Shown here: in pieces, positions 44,339 through 52,610 of the stretch | Numbering within the stretch: the first letter of the stretch is position 1 | Layout: every line of letters begins with the position of its first letter | Translations under genes and position numbers: made by a program | Assembly (NCBI GenBank): GCA_017302795.1 | Contig: JAFLCB010000003.1 | Span: 26,650-90,649, forward strand | Length of the DNA: 64,000 nucleotides | DNA from: Deltaproteobacteria bacterium | Lineage (GTDB): Bacteria; Bdellovibrionota; Bdellovibrionia; Bdellovibrionales; JAMPXM01 | Direction of reading: 5' to 3' | Notes under the pieces: generated by a model | The model's database searches: none | Told to the model about the DNA's origin: nothing | The model's input: the letters and a program-made list of their open reading frames with translations, nothing else

Positions 44339-44433
44339 AATTGTGACGGATCTCATTAAATGCCTGTCAGGACAGGTTTATTCCGGTTTGGTGGGGTACC
44401 ACCGTACCGGAATGATACGCTGTCGTCACAATT
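44339..44433. promoter_or_regulatory. nested inverted-repeat element in a divergent intergenic region (operator or structured leader; function unknown)
   Basis: The outer inverted repeat is AATTGTGACG (44339-44348) / CGTCACAATT (44424-44433). It encloses CCTGTC-ag-GACAGG (44363-44376) and the hairpin ATTCCGGT-tt-GGTGG-ggta-CCACC-gt-ACCGGAAT (44380-44413). Confidence 0.35.
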
Positions 44434-44478
44434 ATTAGTTTACTGACATGTGTATGAAAATCAGCCAGTTTTCTAGAC

Positions 44479-45132
44479 ATGCAAGACACCAAAGCAGAAC
44501 TGAAAACTGAGTCCTCGCAGATTGATAGCGCTACAGAAATTTCTGTTTCCCGCGATGCATTTTCCAGCGGCCAGGTCGGCAGTAAGATGTGGTTAGCGCA
44601 ACTCCTCGAAACACTCGCGCCGGCCTACTCAGCGAGCGGACCGCACACGGTTTGGATCTATGGTGGATGGCAGGGAGTCATGGGATTTATTCTGCTTTCC
44701 CGCCAAGCTTCGCGAGCAGATTTCCAAATAGAACGGGTTCGAAGTTTTGATATTGATGATCGCGCCACAGAAGCCGCTAATCTGATTTGCGAGAACTGGG
44801 TTTGGCGAGAATGGACTTTTCGAGCATTCACAAAAGATTGTGACCAGCTTCAGCCTCAGGACGCCGCTGAATATGGTCCAAGTCCCACGGTCGTTATAAA
44901 CACGTCGGTTGAGCATTTTGATAATCGGAATTGGTTCGAGAATATTGCAGAAGGAACGATTGTCGCTCTTCAAGCTTCTGATTTCGAACACGAGGGCGCT
45001 GTCGCATTAGCTAAGTCCGATGAAGCTTTCGCCGAAGCATTTCCACTTCGCGAGGTTTGGTTCACGGGTGCGCTTGATTTCAATTACGATAGCTGGAGCT
45101 TTAAGCGGCGCATGCGCATCGGCCGTAAATAG
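44479..45132 (+). CDS. hypothetical protein (possibly Rossmann/methyltransferase-like fold)
   Basis: 217-aa ORF. There is weak resemblance to class I methyltransferase strand order (VWIYGGWQGVMG, VRSFDID, VVINTSVEH), but no canonical SAM motif. Confidence 0.5.
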   Translation: MQDTKAELKTESSQIDSATEISVSRDAFSSGQVGSKMWLAQLLETLAPAYSASGPHTVWIYGGWQGVMGFILLSRQASRADFQIERVRSFDIDDRATEAANLICENWVWREWTFRAFTKDCDQLQPQDAAEYGPSPTVVINTSVEHFDNRNWFENIAEGTIVALQASDFEHEGAVALAKSDEAFAEAFPLREVWFTGALDFNYDSWSFKRRMRIGRK

Positions 45133-45148
45133 CTCGCTGCCGCCACAA

Positions 45149-45202
45149 GGTACCGCCTACATTTTGGTAACGCATGTGCGTTACCAAAATGTAGGCGGTA
45201 CC
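45149..45202. repeat. palindromic intergenic repeat copy 5
   Basis: GGTACCGCCTACATTTTGGTAACGC-atgt-GCGTTACCAAAATGTAGGCGGTACC has perfect 25-nt arms. It sits between convergent stops at 45132 and 45203 and abuts the latter. Confidence 0.9.
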
Positions 45203-45778
45203 TTATGGTGCGAGGTGCCTTATGGCAAAACAGTTCGGACCGAATTCACCGGCGCTCGGATCCTTCTCTCCGATCCACGGCCCAACCCTTTGGAAACCCA
45301 TTTTCTCATAGGCAGGCATGGCGCTTTTGCGCGGAAAAGTCCACGCAACCTCACACCCGGTTCGCTTCGCCTCGGTAAAAGCAGCGTTCATAACGGCACT
45401 CGCGGCACCTAAGCCCCGAAACTCTGGAGCAACGTAAAGTCCACGCGTGCGAAAGCTGCGCATGAGATTGGCGGAATCGGAGTTTTGAACATTCGGCGCG
45501 GGAATGAGGCCACCAAAATGACCGCTGAGCACGGCGATCACGGACGGTTCAGGTTCATTAATTTTTTTTTTCGACACGAGAATTCGCCAAAACGACGCTG
45601 GCTCCTGCATCAGCTGGAGGTCTATACCGCCCAGCCACTTCATTGCACTATTGGACTCGATTTTGGAGATGCGACCGGGCCAAAGCTTTGCTTGCCAAAT
45701 TGGAAGTACGTCTTCAAAACGACACTCTTCCAACACGGCCGCAACCTGATTTCCAAGCGTGAGGCCCGTTGCCGCCAT
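45203..45778 (-). CDS. GNAT-family N-acetyltransferase
   Basis: Acetyl-CoA binding region RTRGLYVAPEFRGLGAASAVMNAAFTEAKRTGCEVAW...AMPAYEKMGFQRVG. The start is set at ATG 45778, which avoids overlap with the upstream regulator. The track ORF extends to 45838. Confidence 0.75.
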   Translation of the reverse strand: MAATGLTLGNQVAAVLEECRFEDVLPIWQAKLWPGRISKIESNSAMKWLGGIDLQLMQEPASFWRILVSKKKINEPEPSVIAVLSGHFGGLIPAPNVQNSDSANLMRSFRTRGLYVAPEFRGLGAASAVMNAAFTEAKRTGCEVAWTFPRKSAMPAYEKMGFQRVGPWIGEKDPSAGEFGPNCFAIRHLAP

Positions 45779-45785
45779 CGAAGAG

Positions 45786-47357
45786 TTAGACCTCAACATC
45801 CGGTGGTGGACGCAGGCCTTTCTTTTTAATTTTCTCAACCAACGTTGTTCGATTAAGTTTTAAAATTGCAGCCGCTTGGTTTCTGTTCCAGCCGGTTTTT
45901 TCTAGTGCCTGAAGAATCAAAGCGTTCTCGTAAGCATCGACAGCAGAATTGAAATCGAGGCCGTTGTCGGGGACATCGATCGAATCCATCGAAAGACCGC
46001 TGTTGTGAGAAGTACCAATACCGTTACCGCCTATGCCAAACTCTGGTCGGACGTTAGCGCGATAGTGATCTGGAAGATCAAGTAATTCTATAATTCCATC
46101 ACCTTTTAAAACTGCCAGACGCTCGACAAGATTCTCAAGTTCGCGAATGTTACCCGGCCAAGGGTGATGCACGAGTGCATTCATCGCCTCAGGTGAAAAC
46201 CCTAGCAACTGACGAGCTTTCCGATTGGGACCGGCGCGTTCGGCAAGACGGTCGTTGGAAATTTGTAGGAAATGATGCAGCAAAAGCGGGATATCATCGC
46301 GGCGCTCTTTCAGGGCCGGCAGTCGAACCGGAATGACATTTAAGCGATAAAACAGATCCTCGCGGAAAAGACCTTTTTGTACGGCCTTTGCTAAATCCAC
46401 GTTTGTCGCCGCAACGACCCGAACATCGGCTTCATGAGTTTTCATGCTACCAACTGGTTCAAAACGCCGCTCTTGAAGGACGCGCAAAAGTTTGACCTGC
46501 AGGTTCAATGGCAATTCGCCAATTTCGTCCAAGAAAAGTGTTCCGCCGCTAGCGAGATCAAAGCGGCCTTGGCGGTTGGCGATGGCACCAGTGAAAGCGC
46601 CTTTTACGTGTCCGAAAAGTTCACTTTCAAGAAGTTCTCCAGGAATTGCTCCACAGTTTACGGGAACAAAAGGTTTATTCACGCGGGAAGAGTTATAATG
46701 AATGGCTTTTGCGATTAGCTCTTTTCCGGTTCCACTTTCACCAGAAACCAAAACCGTCGAGTCCGAATCGGCCACTCGTTCGACCATGCTTAGAACATGG
46801 CGAATTTCTTCGCTGTTACCGATGATGTTTTCAAATCGATAGCGCCGTGAGAGAGCCGAACGCAAAGTTTGGTTTTCCACTTGCAGTGACTTGTGTGAAA
46901 TTGCTTTTTCAATGATCGAGACAAGTTCTTCCATGTTGAAGGGCTTCGTTACGAAATGGAAAGCGCCCATTTGGGTTGCTTTGACCGCGAGCTCGATCGA
47001 ACCGTGTCCGGTCAATATAATCACTTGGCATTGCGGGTGAAGTGACTTGAGCTTGGTCATTAGCTCGAGACCATCTCCGTCAGGTAACCGAAGGTCGATC
47101 ATCGCTAGGTCAAAAGCAGTTTCCGACGACATCAAAGATTCGGCTTCACGCTTCGAATTCGCAGTGACTGCTTGAAATCCTTGGCGATCCAGAATTCTAA
47201 AAAGTGCGGTTCGCAAAGAGGATTCATCGTCGACGACAAGTGCGCGAATCGGCTTTCCACCTGCTTGGGCAAGTCGCGGATTGGAACCAACGATTCCGCT
47301 GATGGAATTTATGGAGGGATCGAAGGTCGAGTGGGATCCAAAACCTTGAGTAGACAT
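45786..47357 (-). CDS. sigma-54-dependent response regulator (NtrC family)
   Basis: Receiver domain ([12 protein letters not shown] ... [12 protein letters not shown]). AAA+ sigma54-interaction domain ([25 protein letters not shown]). C-terminal Fis-type HTH ([23 protein letters not shown]). Confidence 0.92.
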   Translation of the reverse strand: MSTQGFGSHSTFDPSINSISGIVGSNPRLAQAGGKPIRALVVDDESSLRTALFRILDRQGFQAVTANSKREAESLMSSETAFDLAMIDLRLPDGDGLELMTKLKSLHPQCQVIILTGHGSIELAVKATQMGAFHFVTKPFNMEELVSIIEKAISHKSLQVENQTLRSALSRRYRFENIIGNSEEIRHVLSMVERVADSDSTVLVSGESGTGKELIAKAIHYNSSRVNKPFVPVNCGAIPGELLESELFGHVKGAFTGAIANRQGRFDLASGGTLFLDEIGELPLNLQVKLLRVLQERRFEPVGSMKTHEADVRVVAATNVDLAKAVQKGLFREDLFYRLNVIPVRLPALKERRDDIPLLLHHFLQISNDRLAERAGPNRKARQLLGFSPEAMNALVHHPWPGNIRELENLVERLAVLKGDGIIELLDLPDHYRANVRPEFGIGGNGIGTSHNSGLSMDSIDVPDNGLDFNSAVDAYENALILQALEKTGWNRNQAAAILKLNRTTLVEKIKKKGLRPPPDVEV

Positions 47358-47534
47358 CGCGACGCAGTCCTTTCGTCGGAATACATTTTTCTATCGAGAA
47401 AGCGCGGGGGACTGGAAATCCGCTCCAGTCAAGCGTCCGCCGCTTTGCGCTTCTCATCTATAATGCTAAGGACTCGGCGAAAGAGGTGTCAAATTTTCGC
47501 CGTCAAAGAATTGGTCTACGTCAGAAAACTGGTC

Positions 47535-49565
47535 CTATGGGCTAAGGACTTTTGTTAACGGAAGGGAAAGAATTGCCCGCTGGACCAGTTGTTCCTTGCC
47601 CATTTCGAAATGATTGGACGCCGTTTCCAATTCAAGACGGCCTCCGTGTTCGAGCAATATTTGACGAGCAACAGTTAAATCAAGGCGGCCGCTGCGATCA
47701 TGGTTCTCGGCTTGGCTACCGTTTGGCAACGGCACTGGTCCAATGATCACAGTTAGCTCGTCGGAACTCTTTACGATTTTTAAGTTGATTAAGAAATCGC
47801 GAAGACTGCCGGACATTAACGTCAGCAAAATGGCGCGCACAGCTTGCGCCAAAAGATTGAAGCGTCCTTGAATTGGCGCCACGTCAAGATTTGACGGTTC
47901 GAGATCAAGTTTGAATCTGATGCCTTTTGATCTCGTCTGAAGCTCTGTGATTTTCATGGCTTGGCGAACGATTTCAATCAAATCATGTTCGTGAGCTTCG
48001 TCTTCATCGGCGCGTCTAGAAAAACCTAGTAGATCGCGAACGATTTCAGCACAGCGGCGGGTTCCATTTTCCATCTCTCGAAGTTCGATTTCGAGTTCCG
48101 CCTTTCCTTCGAAATTCAAAGTTTTTAAATCCATCAAAAGAAGCTGGATGTGACTAAGCATTCCGCCTATGGGATTGTTTAATTGATGCGCGATGCTTGA
48201 GCCGATCGTACCGAGTTCCGCCATTTTGGATGATTCGACGATACGCTTTTCGAATTGAACGGTGGTTGTGGCGTCACGATACAAATGAACTAAAATCGCA
48301 TCGTCGCCGCTTTCGCCAAGTCCGCTAACGGCGGAATCGGTATTCAACGGTCGCGAACTAACCTCGCTCGTCTGTGCATGTAATTGATCGTCGATACGAA
48401 ATTGTGCTGTGCGCGCGACGGTTCCGCCAATGGTTTGTCCGCCGCCTGAGTGCAATCTTCGTCGCTGGCGAAATCGGCCCGACGTGTAATCGTCCATTAC
48501 CGGGCAACCCGAGCAGGCTGACTTTCGGTCAAATACGGCTTCAAAACAGGGCCGACCGACCACTTGTTCAGGAGCGCGGCCCTTTAGGAGTGCGCGGTTG
48601 CCACGAACCAGACGAAGATTCTCGTCCAACACTGCAACCGGATGAGTGATCGCATTGAATGTCTGTTCCCACTCATGTTTGATTTGTTCCATTCGCTCGA
48701 GGGACCGCAACCTAGTAACGGCTAACGTCACTGCTTCGGCGATCGGATTCAAAAACCCACGGTCATCTGAACGAAAGGGGCGATCCGGCGATCTGCCAAA
48801 GTGTATATGCCCATTGCCGCCCGTTGCCACCGAGTAAACGGTGCCCGCTCGTTTATCCATTGGTGCTGCGTCAAGGCGACTTTGCGACGAGAAAGTGATT
48901 CGCACCCAATCAATTTGCGGAGCTTCGCTACTCGCCGTATTTTGGGAACTTAGGATTTGCATCAGTTGGCGCTCTATTTCGGGAATACTTTGGCTGACGT
49001 GAACGGCGTTTAAAGCGCGATGCATGACTTCGCTTTTTCGCTGGCTTTGTTGCAGTCGCCAAGTACTGTCATTAAGTTCGGTTCGGCGCTGCTCAATTCG
49101 CTGTTCAAGTTCTTCCGAAAGTCGCTGCAAAGTTTGATTGTGTTCGAAAAACATAGCAAGCGATTCGCTAGCTTGCTTTACTTCTCGAGCCTGATCGAGC
49201 GCGGACATTACGTGATTTTGAAAATCATCCGTTGTATAGGAATCGACCCAAGCAAAAAGAGAGTCGGCTTGCATGTACTGAAGCACAGAATCAGCATTTG
49301 CATCATCGTATGGCCCAACAGCAATGATCTTTTTGCCGAGCAATTCCGGATGAGAGGCTTTCACACTTAGCAAAGCGACTGGTAAAACTACGACATCTAG
49401 ATTGGCCGCGCGAACCATTTTCAAATTTTCACTTGTTAGACTTTTAAACGGAAAATTTGCTGCGCCGATAGACTCAGCAGCGTCCTTTGCCTCGCGGCTT
49501 TCGTCGCCTAAGATAGCGATCGAAGAAACGGCCGTGCTGGACATGTCACCAGACGACGTGGGCAT
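47535..49565 (-). CDS. cytoplasmic PAS-domain sensor histidine kinase with receiver-like N-terminus and degenerate ATP-binding boxes
   Basis: H-box SSIAHQLNNPIGGM. PAS region EQTFNAITHPVAVLDENLRLVRGN...GRPCFEAVFDRKSACSGCPV. The C-terminal HATPase-like region lacks clear DxGxG/GxGxG boxes (…SGRLDLTVARQILLEHGGRLELE). There is no TM segment. Confidence 0.85.
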   Translation of the reverse strand: MPTSSGDMSSTAVSSIAILGDESREAKDAAESIGAANFPFKSLTSENLKMVRAANLDVVVLPVALLSVKASHPELLGKKIIAVGPYDDANADSVLQYMQADSLFAWVDSYTTDDFQNHVMSALDQAREVKQASESLAMFFEHNQTLQRLSEELEQRIEQRRTELNDSTWRLQQSQRKSEVMHRALNAVHVSQSIPEIERQLMQILSSQNTASSEAPQIDWVRITFSSQSRLDAAPMDKRAGTVYSVATGGNGHIHFGRSPDRPFRSDDRGFLNPIAEAVTLAVTRLRSLERMEQIKHEWEQTFNAITHPVAVLDENLRLVRGNRALLKGRAPEQVVGRPCFEAVFDRKSACSGCPVMDDYTSGRFRQRRRLHSGGGQTIGGTVARTAQFRIDDQLHAQTSEVSSRPLNTDSAVSGLGESGDDAILVHLYRDATTTVQFEKRIVESSKMAELGTIGSSIAHQLNNPIGGMLSHIQLLLMDLKTLNFEGKAELEIELREMENGTRRCAEIVRDLLGFSRRADEDEAHEHDLIEIVRQAMKITELQTRSKGIRFKLDLEPSNLDVAPIQGRFNLLAQAVRAILLTLMSGSLRDFLINLKIVKSSDELTVIIGPVPLPNGSQAENHDRSGRLDLTVARQILLEHGGRLELETASNHFEMGKEQLVQRAILSLPLTKVLSP

Positions 49566-50305
49566 TACGGCGTGATCCTCTCTTGAAATTGTTGTCGCCA
49601 GATCGACAAGAGTTCGCTCGGTGTAGCGACTTCGAAATCCGGAATTTCAGATGGTTTCGCTGGCGCAAGATGGGCATGTTCGCCGTGCCGAATCCAAACC
49701 GTTCGCCAGTCTAAAAGCTTCGCTTCTCCGAGATCGGTGTCGACGCGGTTTCCGATAGACAAGAAACTTTTCGCAGGAACATCACTGTATTTTTCACGGG
49801 TTCGTAAGAAGGCTTCGTACTTTGGACCCTTGCCATTGGGCAAGGAGGGCCTTGCTTCGACGATTTGAATCGTTTCAAAAAAATCGCCGATGCCAAGGCG
49901 ATTGATTTTTTCCGTCTGAACGGCCGAATCCCCTGAGGTCACGAGGTGGAGAGTTGAATTCCCTTTCGTCCACTTCAAAAGTTCGAATGCTCCGTCGGTC
50001 AATCGAACGGTGCCGGCTGGAATATTTTCTAACGGGGGACGAAGGAAAATCTGTCTTGCCGCTTCGCCCAGCACTGCATTTCCGTCGGCGAGGCTTGTCC
50101 AAACTTCGGCGCGCGGCTGTTCGCGCAAGATCGCGGTTCGTCGGATCATCAGAGCCTCGATCATTGCCTCACGAATGCTTAAGTCGGTGGTTTTTTCTCG
50201 AACAATCACTTCCATCGCGCGCCGAGCAGCGATCGGTATAAGTCCGCCTGAGGTATCAAGAAGTGTATCGTCCAAGTCGAACGTCACATGGCGAAAAAAA
50301 CTCAA
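49565..50305 (-). CDS. HAD-superfamily hydrolase
   Basis: Motif I VTFDLDDTLLDT, motif II LHLVTSG, and a motif III/IV region SIGNRVDTDLGEAK. Overlaps both neighbours by 1 and 4 nt. Confidence 0.8.
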   Translation of the reverse strand: MSFFRHVTFDLDDTLLDTSGGLIPIAARRAMEVIVREKTTDLSIREAMIEALMIRRTAILREQPRAEVWTSLADGNAVLGEAARQIFLRPPLENIPAGTVRLTDGAFELLKWTKGNSTLHLVTSGDSAVQTEKINRLGIGDFFETIQIVEARPSLPNGKGPKYEAFLRTREKYSDVPAKSFLSIGNRVDTDLGEAKLLDWRTVWIRHGEHAHLAPAKPSEIPDFEVATPSELLSIWRQQFQERITP

Positions 50306-51060
50306 AGACCGCCACCTTGCCCGAAGTTCTGATGCGTTCGCAATTGCCCCGGTGGGCGCCGTGCGCTGTGATCCGTAAAAATACCGCGCATCGCTTTTTC
50401 AAACCGTGGCCATATTTGAGCGAGATCCGTTAACTTCTCTTGCTCTTCGATGCAAATGACTGGGACCTGTTTGTCGTGCCAGCCGTAGCGACTGAGCGAG
50501 CCAGGAGTGGGATACCCAATTTCAGGAACAAGTTTGTATCCGCTACTAGCGGAAAGTCGTCCGCCGTCGGTCTGCGCCCGTGGGCCCGTTGCGACGATGC
50601 AGGGTTCCCACGAATGACAATGAATCAAAAGTCTTGGATCATGAGTTTCGACTAATTCGACAATCCCTTGCACTTCTGGTTCGCTCATCGGCGACGGGCC
50701 AGGATTGTAACGGGGTTGATCAGCTGTCGGCGTCCAATCCTTAGAAGGATAATTGCGATTAAGATCAACGCCGCGCGCGTTCACCCGAGTCCCCGCCTTG
50801 AAGCCATCGACATTCAAACACGGGATGATGATCCAAGGGACCATCTGCGTAGTGACTGACCAAGCTTCAAGTGCGCGAAGAGTGTCTTCAGCTAACCTAA
50901 CGCCCTCGGGCTCGTCGCCGTGAACACCGCCAAAAAGTAAAATCGGACGCTCCCCGGCAAGTTCTGTCAGCGGACGTGAGGAGGCCAAGGGAATGGCTGT
51001 TCCCAGCGCGGTTTTTTTCCAACACTCAAGATGTGTGGTTGTGGTCAAAAAGTCCTCCAC
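50302..51060 (-). CDS. M14-family zinc carboxypeptidase-like protein (MpaA / murein-peptide amidase-like)
   Basis: LFGGVHGDEPEG (Zn ligands), PCLNVDGF, and GVDLNRNYP motifs typical of small cytoplasmic/periplasmic M14 peptidases. Confidence 0.72.
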   Translation of the reverse strand: MEDFLTTTTHLECWKKTALGTAIPLASSRPLTELAGERPILLFGGVHGDEPEGVRLAEDTLRALEAWSVTTQMVPWIIIPCLNVDGFKAGTRVNARGVDLNRNYPSKDWTPTADQPRYNPGPSPMSEPEVQGIVELVETHDPRLLIHCHSWEPCIVATGPRAQTDGGRLSASSGYKLVPEIGYPTPGSLSRYGWHDKQVPVICIEEQEKLTDLAQIWPRFEKAMRGIFTDHSARRPPGQLRTHQNFGQGGGL

Positions 51061-51192
51061 CGATCATCCGCCGAATGTTTTTCGGTCCATATTCATTGTG
51101 CGTCCCAGGAGGGCGCTTGTCGAGCGCCAAACTGTGCCTTGAATGTTTCATGCTGCTTGCGGAATGTGGGCACAGGCCCTAATTTCTTGGGG

Positions 51193-52578
51193 ATGAGCAG
51201 TTCATCAGCCACGACCTCGACCTTGCCTCTTTCTGTTATCGTGCTTGCCGCAGGCAAAGGCACCCGAATGAAATCACCTTTACCTAAAGTGCTTCATCCC
51301 GTTGTCGGGCTGCCGATGGTGATGCGCGTTTTAAACGCTGCAAAATCGATAGGAGCAAAAGAACTTCGTGTTGTCGTTGGATACGGCGAAGCCTTGGTGC
51401 GACGAGTGATCGAGCCTATGGGCGCAACCGCGTTTCCGCAAAAAGAGCAGCGGGGAACTGCGGACGCTGTGATGTCGGCCGAGCCAGGATCTTTAAAAGG
51501 CACCGTTATTATTTTAACTGGCGACAATCCTTTGCTTGAGCCTTCGGATTTAAAGCATGTTCTCGCAGAATTTTACGAAATGAAAGCCGATGTCGCCGTT
51601 GTCACAGCCGAAATGAAAAAACCTGGGTCGTTGGGGCGTATCGTCCGACAAAAAGGTGAACTGAAGGCCATCGTTGAAGCGGGCGACGCGGGTACGGACA
51701 CGTTAAAAATTCGTGAAGTGAACAGCGGCATGTACGTCGCAAAAGCGGAAGTACTCGCGGAGCTTCTTCCGAAAGTGAAGCCGAACAATTCTAAAGGCGA
51801 GCTCTACCTGACCGACATCATCGCGATTGGCTTAGAAGAGCGGTTTAAAGTGATTGCCATCAAAGCGCGCCCCGAAGTGGCATTTGGCGTTAACGATCAA
51901 GCAGAGCTCGCGGTAGCGTCGCGAGTTGTTTTCAATCGCAATCGAAAAAAGCTTTTAGAAAATGGCGTCGTGATGGTGGATCCGCGAACGGTTTACGCCG
52001 AGGACGATGTTGTGATCGGAGGCGGCACGGTCGTTTATCCGAACGTCTATTTGCGCGGCGCCACCAAGATCGGTAGCTACTGTGTGCTTGAACCAGGTGT
52101 GCATATTATTTCTTCGTCGGTCGCCGATAGCACGCATATCAAAGCTGGCTGCTATTTTGAAAACGCTGTCGTCGGCGAGAAAGTTCAGATTGGGCCCTAC
52201 GCGCGCCTCCGACCAGAAACAATGGTTGGTCGCGAAGCGCACATCGGAAATTTTGTGGAACTGAAAAAAACCACCTTTGGTGCACGCTCTAAAGCAGGAC
52301 ATTTGACATATTTGGGCGACGCGACCATAGGCGAGGATGTTAATATTGGCTGCGGAACGATCACGTGTAACTACGCGGCTGACCGAAAGAAATATCAAAC
52401 TGTCATCGAAAGCGGCGTCTTCGTGGGAAGCGATGTTCAGTTTGTTGCGCCGATCACGGTTGGCGAAGGTGCGGTGATCGCATCGGGGTCGACAATCACC
52501 GAAAATGTGCCGGCAAAAGCTTTGGCTGTTGCCCGCGGCCGACAAGTGAACAAGGCCGACTGGTCGCCTAAAAAGTAA
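51193..52578 (+). CDS. glmU: bifunctional UDP-N-acetylglucosamine pyrophosphorylase / glucosamine-1-phosphate N-acetyltransferase
   Basis: VIVLAAGKGTRMKSPLPKVLHP, and C-terminal left-handed beta-helix hexapeptide repeats. The start is set at ATG 51193 (MSSSSATTSTLPLSVIVLAAG). The upstream 54 codons of the track ORF are Cys-rich and look like noise. Confidence 0.93.
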   Translation: MSSSSATTSTLPLSVIVLAAGKGTRMKSPLPKVLHPVVGLPMVMRVLNAAKSIGAKELRVVVGYGEALVRRVIEPMGATAFPQKEQRGTADAVMSAEPGSLKGTVIILTGDNPLLEPSDLKHVLAEFYEMKADVAVVTAEMKKPGSLGRIVRQKGELKAIVEAGDAGTDTLKIREVNSGMYVAKAEVLAELLPKVKPNNSKGELYLTDIIAIGLEERFKVIAIKARPEVAFGVNDQAELAVASRVVFNRNRKKLLENGVVMVDPRTVYAEDDVVIGGGTVVYPNVYLRGATKIGSYCVLEPGVHIISSSVADSTHIKAGCYFENAVVGEKVQIGPYARLRPETMVGREAHIGNFVELKKTTFGARSKAGHLTYLGDATIGEDVNIGCGTITCNYAADRKKYQTVIESGVFVGSDVQFVAPITVGEGAVIASGSTITENVPAKALAVARGRQVNKADWSPKK

Positions 52579-52610
52579 ACCGAAGTTCAGTCGATTGAGG
52601 AGTTTCAGTT

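Noticed and set aside
47358-47534. A sigma54 or sigma70 promoter in the 177-bp gap between the kinase and regulator genes.
   Set aside because: TTGACA- and TTGACT-like hexamers are present on the minus strand, but without a properly spaced -10 element. There is no TGGCAC-N5-TTGC match. The evidence is insufficient.
51031-51192. The 54-codon N-terminal extension of glmU in the ORF track.
   Set aside because: It is a Cys-rich, non-conserved-looking sequence that overlaps the divergent peptidase gene start. ATG 51193 gives a typical GlmU N-terminus.
52579-52610. Possible glmS ribozyme or leader upstream of glmS.
   Set aside because: Only 32 nt separate glmU and glmS, which is too short for the ribozyme. 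That element is also characteristic of Gram-positive lineages.
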